DNA of 64,000 nt. Source: Selaginella moellendorffii. Its lineage: Eukaryota > Plantae > Lycopodiophyta. A program made the position numbers and the translations under genes. The stretch lies in contig NW_003314354.1 in assembly GCF_000143415.4 (NCBI RefSeq), forward strand, positions 162,575 to 226,574, given 5' to 3'. Below are positions 27,635-39,812 of the stretch, piece after piece (the first letter of the stretch is position 1; every line of letters begins with the position of its first letter). The notes beneath the pieces were generated by a model. The model was not told the DNA's origin and made no database searches. It worked only from the letters and a program-made list of their open reading frames with translations.

Positions 27635-28440
27635 TTTCAGTCATCACTAGGATCCAGGCAGCTGTGGCAGAACTAGCAAATCATCGCCTGGAGCCCAATT
27701 GTCGACACCACAGCCAGTGGCCTCGCTTGATGCTGCATGGCGAATTCACCATTCTCGCATTGCCAGACCGGGCCAGCAGCGCCCCTAAGCTACGCGCATT
27801 CCCTGATCTACATTCTGCATTACTCCTAGATTCCGCGATTCCTGCTGAGACATGAGCGCATTGTCTCCTGGAAATCCACGGGCCCCGATCTGCAAACCCT
27901 AAGGCGCCAAACCCTACCGCCAAGAAATCGCGGAGGGAAGAAGAACGACCAGCGAGGCCAGAAAGAAAAGAAAGGCGCGGTAACAAAAAATGGTGGAGAA
28001 TGGAAGAAGGGAGAAGAAGAAGGAATAATGTGGGGACGGTCGGTGGCTGGCAAAATAGCGTTTTTACTGCAGGATAAAAAATGCCACGTCACACGATCGT
28101 GGAAACGGCCGAAACAGACGGCGGCAAGTTTTCATGCAATCCAAAAGAAATGGAGAGGATATTCCAGCACGGACATTCCGGCAAACGCGGGAATGACGGA
28201 AGAATCAACGGTTTGGAATAGTTTGGTAGATAACGAGGCCGAGGCCAAACGGGAAAGATACCAGTATATCCTATGATGTACAAGGAGTCCTGCAAGAACT
28301 GCAAGAACAAGGACTTCTTTGTTCCATTCAGCTGGTAGAATCTAGCTTAGAGCTTGTAAGCGTGGATTGTTAGAGAAACTTAAACGCCAATGCTATATAG
28401 GAAAAAAAGAATGAAAATTTGGTGTACATACAACTTATCA

Positions 28441-30172
28441 TTATAGTGGAGCCACTGCTTGAGCTTGTTCTTCGTCTTCGAGTGAGTCCCAACAAGCTGA
28501 AAAGCGTTAAAGAAAGAGGGGAAGAAAACGTAAAAAGCTTAAAGCAAGGATACAATCTTCAGCCCACAGCTCTGTGATTCCAGCGCCAGCGCCGTCAGAG
28601 ACAAGCCAGTAGTCCGTTTCACCCTGACAACAAGAGACTAACACGTTTGAACAAGCGTGAGGAACTGCTTACCTCCACTTCAGTTGGCAAAATCTTCATG
28701 ATGCCACCAACATCGCCAGAAACTCCAGTGGATTTCTCTGTACCGGACGGTGCTTCTTCCTGCGGCTGCGGAGGAGACGAGCTTTGGGAGCTTCGTAGTA
28801 CCACGGAGTTCTCAGAACCGTGTTGCAACGTGATGTCCATTGATTCGTTTGTCTCGCCGTAGTGACTGCTATAAGAATTAGCGCAGCAAAGATAAACAGA
28901 AGTAGAAAAAACGTAATTGCTACCTCACGAGATAGACATCAATCGGCCCAAACGCACTTCGCAAAAGTATTTGGTACCTTCTTTGAGGATACTCCACGGC
29001 CTACAGAACACAAGAGTCTTTTAATCAGAAAGTGAATCGCTGCAAGCGTTACCTCGTCGGGATCAGGAACCTCTAATGTTGTCCCTTGGGGTGCTTTTAT
29101 TGCGATCAAAGTTTCGTTCTGTTCATTGAAACTCATCATATACAAGTTGCCACACGGTCAAGCGAGTAAACTAGTTACCTGGAAGCAAGGAAGTCCCTTT
29201 ATATCGTCTTCAGTAACATAGAGCCATCTGACAGAAAGCACATTTCAAGCTGTAAAGTCTGAAAATAATACTTACTGCTGGTTGCTCACGTCCTCACACA
29301 TGGTTTTCAGTTTTTCTCTCATCGCCCTGTACCAATACCGAGGTTTAGTACATCAGAAAGACAAATACACCAGAAAGCCTACCTTATTTTCTCGTCCAGA
29401 CTCTCTTCTTGAGCATGGAGGTCATCAACTTCACTCTTGTCAACAACAGAGACAGGTTTTAGCAAAAAGATCACCAAAGTTTTTGTAGATACCTGAAGAC
29501 TCGATAAAAGACCAGTACTATCCGAGTCTGCCACGGACAGCCCCAGTCCCCTGAGCATTAACAAAGAAAATAGCAAACATCATAAGACGAGACGAGCTTA
29601 GCTTACTTCCATCTTATTCTGTTCTTTAGCTTCTTCTCAATCAGGCCAATCCCTTCGAGCACATTCGTGATATCATATATCCTCCGCTTTTGGACCTGCT
29701 CGAAAGAAATTAACTCAACAAAACTAAAGGAAAAAAAATGTTTCAAGCTTACATGTAAGGTGTCCGCGGCATTGTTGAGATCGAGAACACCATCCTCCGC
29801 TTGATCGATCAGATTGATAAACTTCTTTGTCAATAGTCCTGGCAGAAAACCAGACAAATCAGTGTACAGCACTGACGAATCGTACCTAGAGAGCTGTCGT
29901 ATCTACAAGTGCTAGGCGCTGGAGAGCCTGATCGAACGAAATGAGCACAGTGTGAGCGGCTGATCGCGAGAAATCGCTTACCAAACGAGCTACCTGGCCC
30001 CGATTGCGGCAACCCTTTCCTTGCGTTCTTCATCCGGCTGCCGCTCCTCGTTCCAGATGACAAAGGCCCCATGGATGGAGGAGAGGCCGAAATATCAACA
30101 AGAAACTCACACTAGCGCCGCTGCGCGCTCCTCCGCGCCATCGTCAAGCGGATTAGGGCTCCTAGCTCCCAT
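28441..30172 (-). CDS. E2F: Typical E2F transcription factor (E2FA/B-like), multi-exon
   Basis: [35 protein letters not shown], marked box [22 protein letters not shown]-binding DYWLVSD..ITELW. Confidence 0.93.
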
Positions 30173-30260
30173 TCCCGCCCTCTCTTTTTTAACAGAGTGT
30201 TTTAAGGTTGCTAAAATTAGGGCATGGGCCGCCTTTAAATTTTCTTAGATAATAACACGC

Positions 30261-31700
30261 TTAGTGACATTTTGCTTTTACCCGCTTATGTACCAAAGAG
30301 TCGATATTATTCCGTGAAGATCCTTTGTTCTTCATGGCAGCTCTTACCACTTCTTTGACGCGCCTGGCATTCTTCCAAATCTCGCTAGTTTTTGGGTCGG
30401 CTTCCATAAGAGCTTTGATCGAGTTCTTGAGATCATCCTTGCGCGCCAGCTCTCGCCCCATTTCAATCCCTCGCACTCCAACTCCAATGCCCCATTCGTC
30501 GATCACAAACTTCGCCGTAAGAACTTGGTCGCCGGTAATGGGCCTAGCCACCATGGGCATTCCAAACGACATGGATTCCATCACGGAATTCCAGCCGCAG
30601 TGAGTGAGAAATCCACCGACAGATCTGTGTCCCAGAATCTCCAGCTGAGGCGCCCAGGACACTACCAGCCCTTGATCTAGTTTGGTCATTCTTTCCTGAA
30701 ATCCGGGAGGAATCAACGACGAGTCTCTAATTGCCCACACGAATTCCTGCCTCGATTCTTCCAAAGCCGATGCGAGCTCCTCGAATTGCCCATCGGCTAC
30801 TGGCATCGTTGTGCCAAATGCGATGTAGATTACACTGGAATCTGGCCTCGCGCCCAGCCACTGGATGATCGCGCTCGACTCCTTTTTGCAATCTACTCCT
30901 TGCTGGGCGCTGGTGCCCAATTTGTCGGAGAGGAGATGCAATGGCCCGATGTGCTTGATGTTTATCCCGCTGCCGATCAGGGAATCGATTGCTGGCCCTT
31001 CAATCCCCTCGATCGAATTCACTAGCACTCTGTCGGCCTGGGGAATCTTGTGAACGAGTTCCTTGTAAGTGTGGAGGACTTTGTGGAGAGACTCGTATGG
31101 AATGAACCCAAAAGTGGCATAATTCTTTGGCAGCAGCGGTCGCCTGGAAAACGAAAGAGAAGTCTAAGATTTTGACAGAGAAAAGTTTCTAGGGGCTCTT
31201 AACCTGCCAATGGAAAAATGCCGCGCTCGATGAGGCGTGGCATATGGTGATACACGAGGAGGTCCGCCACAGTCGACGTCCACAGCGCGATCCACGGCAC
31301 CTCGAGCTGGGCGGCGAGATCGCGAGCCCATCCAACGTAAACATCCGAGATCACGCAAGAGATTGGGACGCCGGAGCTCTGGCTGAGCTCCTCCGCGATG
31401 GCTAGCATGGAATCGTCGTCATTGAGAGCCTGGAATCGATTGAAGTAGCAAAGGACCTTCTCCAACCTCGCTCCATGATCGTCCTTGTGAACTGCCGGCA
31501 GGGCCTTGGATGGATCGAGCGGGAGGCACGACTTGATTCGCACGCCATTTTCCCACTTCTCGGCGCCAACGCTCTGTGAATTCTCGGGGGTCTTGAGGAG
31601 CGTGACGAGACACCCCGACGCTGCCAAGTGCTGGCAAAGATGGAGGAGTGGAGTGATATGCCCTGGCATTATGTATGGAATGGGGACCTTGAGAGCCCAT
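30261..31700 (-). pseudogene. UDP-glycosyltransferase (GT1) paralog with two frameshifting deletions
   Basis: Near-identical to 46778-48278. A deletion after ATG 31700 puts the start out of frame. A deletion at the start of exon 2 (~31140) gives GDRCCQ...TAG after the phase-1 intron. Confidence 0.75.
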
Positions 31701-33159
31701 TTTTTACTCTGTTTCTCTATGATTTGTTTTTTATATTTAGAGTATGTACAAGGCAGGACACGTGGTTGATGACGTGGAATAAGTTGTCAAAGGGGACTAT
31801 GCAGCGGCTGGAGGATAAAAAGGAAGCAAAGGCAAGGTTGGGGTCAAATTTGCGAGCAAGGACTGGTCAAGATCCAGTCAAGGTGGGCTTGATCCCGAGT
31901 GGACCTTGCCTGGGCTTACGCCCATATTACAACAGTTATAAATTATATTCATATTTAGAATTATTTTCCATAAGGTGTATAATTATTATGGAAGATTTCA
32001 GATAGTGTTGAAATTGGTCTTCTTCAGAATGAAAATACATAAAGCTCAATTGCATACTCTCCCTATGAAGTAAACTAATTTTGAGTAAGAGTTTATGATA
32101 AATATTATGATTAATTTTTTTATTGATTCACACACCAATTTAATTAAATATAGCCAAGAATCTCATACCTTCAACTACCATTAACACTACCTCAGTATTC
32201 TCATTCTTGGTGTGTCTACAAAGTTTATATATTTACCACTTACTTGTATATTTTAATACCTAAACTAATCACATATAAAAGAAGACTAAAAATAATATTT
32301 TTACAATTTAATTCAAATATTGTTATTCATTCTTAAATCTAGTATTAGTTCTTTATGTAGATAGTATAATTTAGTTTAAATTCGATAAGGTGGCAGTAGC
32401 AGCTATAAAGCATTTCGAAAATGTCCCTAAGAGCTAGGAGGACATTGTTTTATGATAAATTTTGTAGTGTATCATGTTTTATATTATGAAATTCAAAGAT
32501 TGATAATAAAATATACCATCATTATTATGCCTAGCTAGCATGAAAATGAATTATATAGACATTACAAAGTCTAGATTACTATTTAGGAGTTAATTGAATA
32601 TATATTGATTGAAGTTTTAACTTGTATAAAAGATTTTGTAATAAATTTATCACCAAATCCACATTTTAAAAAATTCTCTAAAGTGATTAGAATTTAAATA
32701 AATATATTAAATATTTATATTTACTACTTTATTATATTTCTGATAAAATAATTCAGTCTTCAATTATATAAATATCTTGAAAACTATTTACTTGCAGTTT
32801 ATTTAAATAGCACTTAATATGCCATGTGGCACAATGCTATATAAAAAATTATTTAATTATAGTAAACTTAAAGTAGAATAATATTATTCTATAACTTCTT
32901 TTTAGAGTTCATAATTTTCAATAAATGTTACAACTTAATAAGAAATAAAAAATGAGAGAGAAAGGTAAATATTCTATCAAAATAGAATATTGGTAGAGTA
33001 CCAATATTTTCTTTTAATTTTTTATATATGAAAATATGTTATCTAAATATATACTCCTTAACCTAGACTTCCTCAGAAATCTCTCATCATATTACTATTA
33101 AAATCTAAAAATGCATAACTTTATATATGAAAAAGATGTATTATTATTTATACACTAAT

Positions 33160-34211
33160 AATACACAAATATTTAAAGTGTTCCATCCACATAACAGTGG
33201 TTGAATTTAAAATCCAACAAGTGTAATACATTTGGACCAAAAACTCCAATGCAAAAAATTAAAAGTAAAAAAGAAAATCTAAAAGAAGTATTGAGGAACA
33301 AGTATGAAACAATTGATAAACAAGTCTCTAAAAATGGATTAACACTAAATAATAGGGGAAAACTTTAAGAGAATTAATGTGAAAAAATAAGATATATTTA
33401 TATGGCGTGTGATGATATAAACATTAAAAAGTCAAAAGTTAGAATGGATATAAATGGACAAATAAAATGACTTAGTAAAGTGTTCAAAAGCCAACTTTAG
33501 CTCTTTTAGGAAATTGAATAATTGATACTCCCAATCTAAGTGTAGATAGCACTACTTAATTAAATACCTTGTATAGTTCATTAGAATTTCATTCTAGCCA
33601 AATGGCTAGTGGTGGAAAATGGGTGGAGTATCTACAAAACTAACATTAAATTATAATATTTTAAAATATCATCCCAAAATCCCCAATGATGGAAAGGAAG
33701 AAAAATAGGTTCTTTACTTTATAACTAAGGTATAGTTATGTGGTGAGGAAGTCTTAAAAGTATGTAAAACTCCATCAACATGCCTTTAAACCCTGAATTA
33801 GTGGTAGTGTTAGCAAGCTCTACTATGATTAAAGAGGGACTTAATGAGGATCAAAAGAGGGATATTGAAATATAATGTTCCTTATTTTAAGAGATTCTAA
33901 AGATGTTAAAAGTATAGAATGACCATTCACAAATTAAATGGTATAGTATTAGAGAGATAAGTCCATGGCTTTAGTGATCTTGGACCACCAATGAGACAAA
34001 TGTAAATGAACATGATTTTAATGTAATAGGCTGGCATTTAGTGGAATTCAAACATATGAAACACTTAAACCAAGTGTAGAGGCAAAATAGCTAGAAGGTT
34101 ATTTTTGGAGTTTTACCAAATACCCCTAAATTGAGATTAAGACCTATGAAGGTTCTGAGTGAGAATGGCCAATAATGATTAAAGTGAAATACAAAAATTT
34201 AGTCATTTACA
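33160..34211 (+). mobile_element. Old, heavily C>T/G>A-mutated family-B-like solo LTR (start approximate)
   Basis: CTCCCAATCTAAGTGTAGATAGCACTAC versus B CTCCCAGTCCAAGTGTGGGTGGCACTAC; ends AAAAATTTAGTCATTTACA like B; hexamer array not visible. Confidence 0.75.
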
Positions 34212-34262
34212 ATAATTTTAAAAAATGATATTAGAAAAGGGTCTTTATATCAAATTCACACT

Positions 34263-34434
34263 TGTAAGCTCTTGAATTTGGACTTCTCAAGAGGTCACCT
34301 AGTTTAGTACTATTCAACTTCAATAACACTTAACCCTAAATATCCTAAAATCCTTAACCGATGAAAAACAAATTGCACTTTTATTCATATATCTTACAAA
34401 TTATTTCTTGAGTTATTCTCTTTAGTTACTTATA
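34263..34434 (-). mobile_element. Degenerate Cassandra-type solo LTR with TSD ACACT
   Basis: TGTAAGCTCTTGAATTTGGACTTCTCAAGAGGTCACC... aligns to 41732/42131. ACACT at 34258-34262 and 34435-34439. Confidence 0.88.
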
Positions 34435-35299
34435 ACACTTTTGTGATCCTCCTCCAACAACATATATAAAAAATTAAACTCACTTCATTCGTATTTCACA
34501 TCCTTTTTATCTTTTCCTTAAAGAAAAAAAAGTTTTGAAATATCAAGATTTGTTATGCTTGCCATCTATGCTCAACTTCACTCTACTATCATATTCATTT
34601 GGCCTTACTATGTCGAGGTGAAGTATTATGGTTAAACTCACTATACTTATCCTTATTTTACAATCCATGACATTCATTCTTACTTCACTACAATATTTAT
34701 TAGTCCTCACTTCATTATTGGGGTTAGATTTTTGTTTGTCCCTTCTACCCCTTTTTCTGAAAAAATAAAATATTGAAATATCAAGGTAAAAAAGTGAAAG
34801 TGAAAAAAAATTGAGGAAGAAATATTATAAACGAAGAAAAAGTGGATAAAGAAGCATTGAAAGAGGAATTTGCAACAACTAACAATGCAAAAATGGGGAA
34901 ATCAAAAGAAGGACATGTGTTAAAAAATAAAGGACTTCCTATCATAAAATACTTTGATCACAATATAAGGAAAAACTTCATATTGCTCAACCTCTTTAAT
35001 ATTCAATTCAACATTTAAGACAAAAAAATCAATAGAAATGTCTACACTCTTAAGAAAACACATTAATGTGAGACACAAAATCCCTAGGCCCCAAAGTGGA
35101 GCCGGAAGGGCGCCACGTAGTAGTGGCCAAAGCGAAAGCCAAACGAGCGTAACACGTTTGGAATAAAAGCTCTAAGTTGAAAGATCGAGAGTGGGAGTGG
35201 AACTCCTAACAAAGTGCTCGAGGAACAAACACGAAGCGAGCAATAAGCAAGGATCCAAAAATAGACCCAAAAGGACCAACATATGACATGTGGAAGTGT

Positions 35300-35725
35300 C
35301 TGAGATGGACCTAAGTTAGAGTCTGAGATGGACCGAGATGGAGTCCGCAATGGACCCGAGATGGAGTCCGAGATGGACCCAAGATGGAGTCCGAGATGGA
35401 GTCCGAGATGGACTGAGATGGAGTCTAAGATGGAGTCCGAGATGGACTGAGATGGAGTCCGAGATGGACCCGAGATAGAGTCCGAGATGGACCCAAGATG
35501 GAGTCCGAGATGGAGTCCGAAATGGACTGAGATGGAGTCCGAGATGGACCCGAGATGGAATCTGAGATGGAGTCCGAGAAGGACCTGAATGGAGTCCAAG
35601 GTCGACACCGAGACCGGGACTAAGACCGAGATCAGGACCGAGACCGAGACTGAGGCCGAGGCCGAGACCAAGCCCAAGTCCGAGTCTGAGTCCGAGTCCG
35701 AGTCCGAGTTCGAGTTCGAGTCTGA
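35300..35725 (+). repeat. 12-bp/6-bp tandem array (GATGGAGTCCGA; GAGACC; GAGTCC) in LTR-B; also at 40045-40575 and 43450-43660 with different copy numbers
   Basis: Direct periodicity; source of the WSPR/RDGV/MESE ORFs. Confidence 0.92.
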
Positions 35726-38700
35726 GAGGGTGAAAGCCCAAAACGTTCGTCTCCTAGACCCTAGGGGGTTTGGTGAGCTCCAAAAGTATAGTAAGAGAAG
35801 GACTGCAATGGAGCCAGTTTGGCCAGGAAAGGCCAGTTTGGCCCAGGAAGGCTGTACCCAGTGTTGGGTGATGAGCTGCCCACTGGGAAGTCCAAGACTA
35901 GAGTGAACACGGACCGACAAGCGGGGTAGCTTGGTGAAGTGTTCAAGAGCCAGCTCTAGTTCCCCTGGGAGATCGACTGGCCAATGCTCCCAGTCCAAGT
36001 GTGGGTGGCACTACCTACTTGGATACCTGGCGTGGCTCAACGGAACCTCGCTCTAAGCCCATGGCTAGAGCACCCAAAAGCGGAAGGCGGGGAGAATACC
36101 CATGAGGCCCGCGTAGAGCCACTGTGTTCCAAAATGTTGTCCCAAAGGCCCAAACCGTGGAAAAGAGGACCGTGGGACTTAGTGGTCAAGCCTATGGGCC
36201 TCGATCCAGTGGTAGTGTTAGGGAACACGGCCATGGGCAGAAAGGGACTTGGTGGAGACCGGAAAAGGGATGTTGGGGAAGGTTATTCCCCATGTCTGTA
36301 GGCATCCTAAGGATGCTAAGGAGTGGATTTGGGACGATCACTCATGGACGGATGACCTAGTCTTTGAGAGACAGGACTGTAATGTAGGTGGTGTCAGACC
36401 ACCAATGTGACCAAGGTGAATGGGCATAGCTTTAGCGTAACAAGCTGATATTTCGGTGGTACCTTGTGGTGTCGGTCATGGGATCGGACACGTGGAGCAC
36501 TTGGACCAAGTGCAATAGTTGAGTGGCATGGATGCCATTCTGGGGGGCTAGCAAGTCCCTAAGTCCAAAATAGAACTTATGGAGGTTGTGAATGCAAGTG
36601 GTCGGAGGTGTGGCTAAATGACTAAAGTAGAATGGAAAAATTAGTCACTTACAATTTGGTATCGGAACTATTCCTTAGTTTGACTTTTATTGGTGCTCAA
36701 GTATATCACTATTGATGTTGGCATCAGAAGGTCTTAGGAGTGAGCCTATCCTTTAGGAGTAGCATGTCGAGAGGACATGGCTCTCCCCTCAAGTTCATGC
36801 GTGAACTTGGGCGCGATGTGGTGGATAGAAAAGGGCCAGTAAGGGAACGACTTTGGGATCTTGGGAACAGTATAAGGGTTTTTTCAAAGAGTTGAGGATG
36901 TGATCTAGATGAGCGTTTGACTTAGCCAACTGGCGGATGTAGTTGTGGTAAACAACTAAAGTTGGGATCACGGGAAAGATGCAGACTCCAAAACAATAAA
37001 GGAGTCACAAAATTACCCTCATATAGTTGGGGCTGGTGCTTATAAATTTGAGACTGGAATTGATGACCGTGGGAGGTTAAATATGGAAGAGGACACAAGT
37101 CCTTGAAATGGTAGCTGGGGCTACCTCTAATAAATGCTAGAACAACTCAAGGAGGTGGGGGTGTACTCAAAGGATAAGTTGGTATTCTCATCCTATGGAC
37201 AAGTGGTTCTAAGGGGCAAAAGGTTGCCCCAAGAGAACAAATCAAGTGTCGAAGTAACGCTTGCAAAGATGGTCCTTGTGAGTAGGACCTGAATACAAGA
37301 AGTTGTATTCCAATGAGCTAGCACCTCAAGAGTAAGACCTTATAGGTCGGGGGATTAGAAAAAGTCCAAGAGGCTAAATGACTTGAGTGGAGTTAAGGAA
37401 TGGTCCTAAAAGACTGATAGAAGCATTTGGACTAAGGTGTGTTGCGCCCCACAAAGGATGGGGAGGATTATAAGATCCAAGTGTGAGAATAGTGGGTATC
37501 TCATTGATGGCAAAATGTGTCATACTAAAGTCGTGGGAAAGGTGTTCCCAGAAAAAAGCAACTTTGGTGTAGAGTTGTGTGAAAAACTGTGATGAAGTGC
37601 CATTGGATAGTTGGCATGAGAAACGACTGTGTTGGTCTTGGCAAAAGATCTAGACACGAGTGCAAGTGTCATAAAGGTAGGCTAGTGGAGCCGATGGTAT
37701 GAAGACATCAAATGTGCCAAAGTGTTATACCTTGAGATTAAGTTGGCAGGTTCATGAAAACCCCTTCCAAAAGAATCCCAATGGAAATAGAAATGGCATA
37801 GCCTAAGCTGGAAGGCATGCAGTTAAAGTGTGGTGACCCAAATAATGATGAAGGTGTGGAAGCACCATCAATGAGTTGTAGGACTTGATAACTATGAAGC
37901 AACTAAACAAAAGATGCAAAATAATTGGTTAAATTGGTAGAAGGTAACTACTTAAGACTTCTTATGGGGATAAGGAAGTTAGATATACCCTTATGGGGGA
38001 AAAATTGTTTATGTTGTGAAATAGTAAGTCAATGTCGTAAAGGGAATGCTCATTGCCAAAGAAGGCCATCATTGGGACACCCAAACACTCTAAAACACTA
38101 GGAAGTGGTGTTTAGTGTCGCAAGGGCATTAGATAAAGCCCAAGGGACTAAGTCCCTAGCGAATGATGGATAGGAGGTGCTATCCAAATGTCCAAGGTTC
38201 TGGAGATGGGAGAAATCCGTCTACCTGATTTGGACAAAGTCAAAAATGGAATTTTGGCAAGGCTAGTGATGGGCATATAGAGGCCCATAAATAGTAACGT
38301 TAATCCCGGTGTGTGGGATTATAAAGTGAGCATGCCCAAATTGAGGAACCACTCCCTAAGCTATTGGGTAAGTTCATCCCTATGAATACTTGCTAAGGCA
38401 TGGTAAAAGGTTCAAAGCTATCTTCCTAGTCTTGAGAAGAATAACCAAGGGAAACATTTGAGGCCAAAAGGCAAGTAGTATTGGGATGGAACGGAACCAT
38501 AAAAATCAAAGGGCATAACCAACGGTGGTTATGCAAGTTGGGAGTGGAGAATCAAGAGGGTGCTCAAGGAGGTTACTACTAGCAACCGCAATGCCATGGA
38601 GAGTCTAAAATGTAAAATTATCCATGTTAGACCATGTGGTGAGTAGGGAGCTTGCAAAGGAGAAGCCTTAGCAAGCTAAGGGACAGAGTTCCTTCAAGGT

Positions 38701-39812
38701 TCCCAAAGATGATTCTAAGTAGCTTAGTACCTAGGAAGGCCAAGTGTAAATGATTCATAGAACGCATGAAATCAGAGTGGCACAGCAAAAGCATGGTCTT
38801 GAAACTAGCCATGAAGTGAGGCTATCAAGGTTGGGGAAGTAATTCCGAAGTGTTCAAAGAGAGGGTTTTGAACGAAAGTCGATAATTAAGGACTTTCACG
38901 CTTATGCATGAACCATGTTACAATGGCCGGATGATTTGCTAAGTGAGATTGGCAAGTTAGGGGAACAAATCCCCTAGTTGAAGGTGCTAACTTCAAAGGG
39001 GTGGCCCATGGGGCCGAGCATGGAGGAGTTCATGTATGATCATAGACTTGTCAAGTGAGAGGACTTGGCAGTGTGGAGGAACTAAGTTCCTAAGCTATGA
39101 TCTATAGCGCGCTTTAAGTACACATTGGTGCACCGGCGTGGGGAGTCATGCCAGGCATCCTATACGGTGCCATCCGTAGATGCATATACGGAGGTTAGGT
39201 TTGAGTCCCAACCCTCTAGTGTTTGGGTTCGAGTCCCAAATCACTAGGGCATGGTGATGGTTTGGAATATGAGGACACTCATATTTCGATGATCATGGAC
39301 TCTTAGTAAGGAGACTAGCTTGGGCATACCGCCAAGTGGAGGATGCTCCATAGTCGTGATGCACGGTTAAATTGCTTAGAGTGAAAGCTCAACATATCTA
39401 ACTTGAACACTTTGGTGCAAAGGGCACCAAAGACGTGGTGAATGAAATGGGGACACCCAGTCTCAGTTGCTATGGATCCTTGGCCAAAAGGGTTGGCTTG
39501 GGCGCACCGCCAAGTGTGGGGGATGCCCCCAGGGTCATAATCAACAATTTAAAAGGGCTTGGAAGACCTAATACCTATTGGCAAGTCCGGTAAGGAACCA
39601 AAGGTTAGATCACTAGGTGGTTTTATGGCTAAGCAAGGACAAGGTCCTTGTGAAGTTAAGGAATAAGGTTCCTAATTCAAAAAGTTGATTTGAATTGTTG
39701 GGGCTTGGTCAAGGTGACCAAATGGGAAGGCCACCTAAGAGAAATGAGCTATGTCAATGCAATGGCATAGTAAATCTGAGGAAAGTAGTTTCTATAAAAG
39801 ATCCAAGGGAAG

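Noticed and set aside
35300-35725. CRISPR-like array
   Set aside because: Contiguous tandem units without unique spacers; eukaryotic LTR context; no cas genes.
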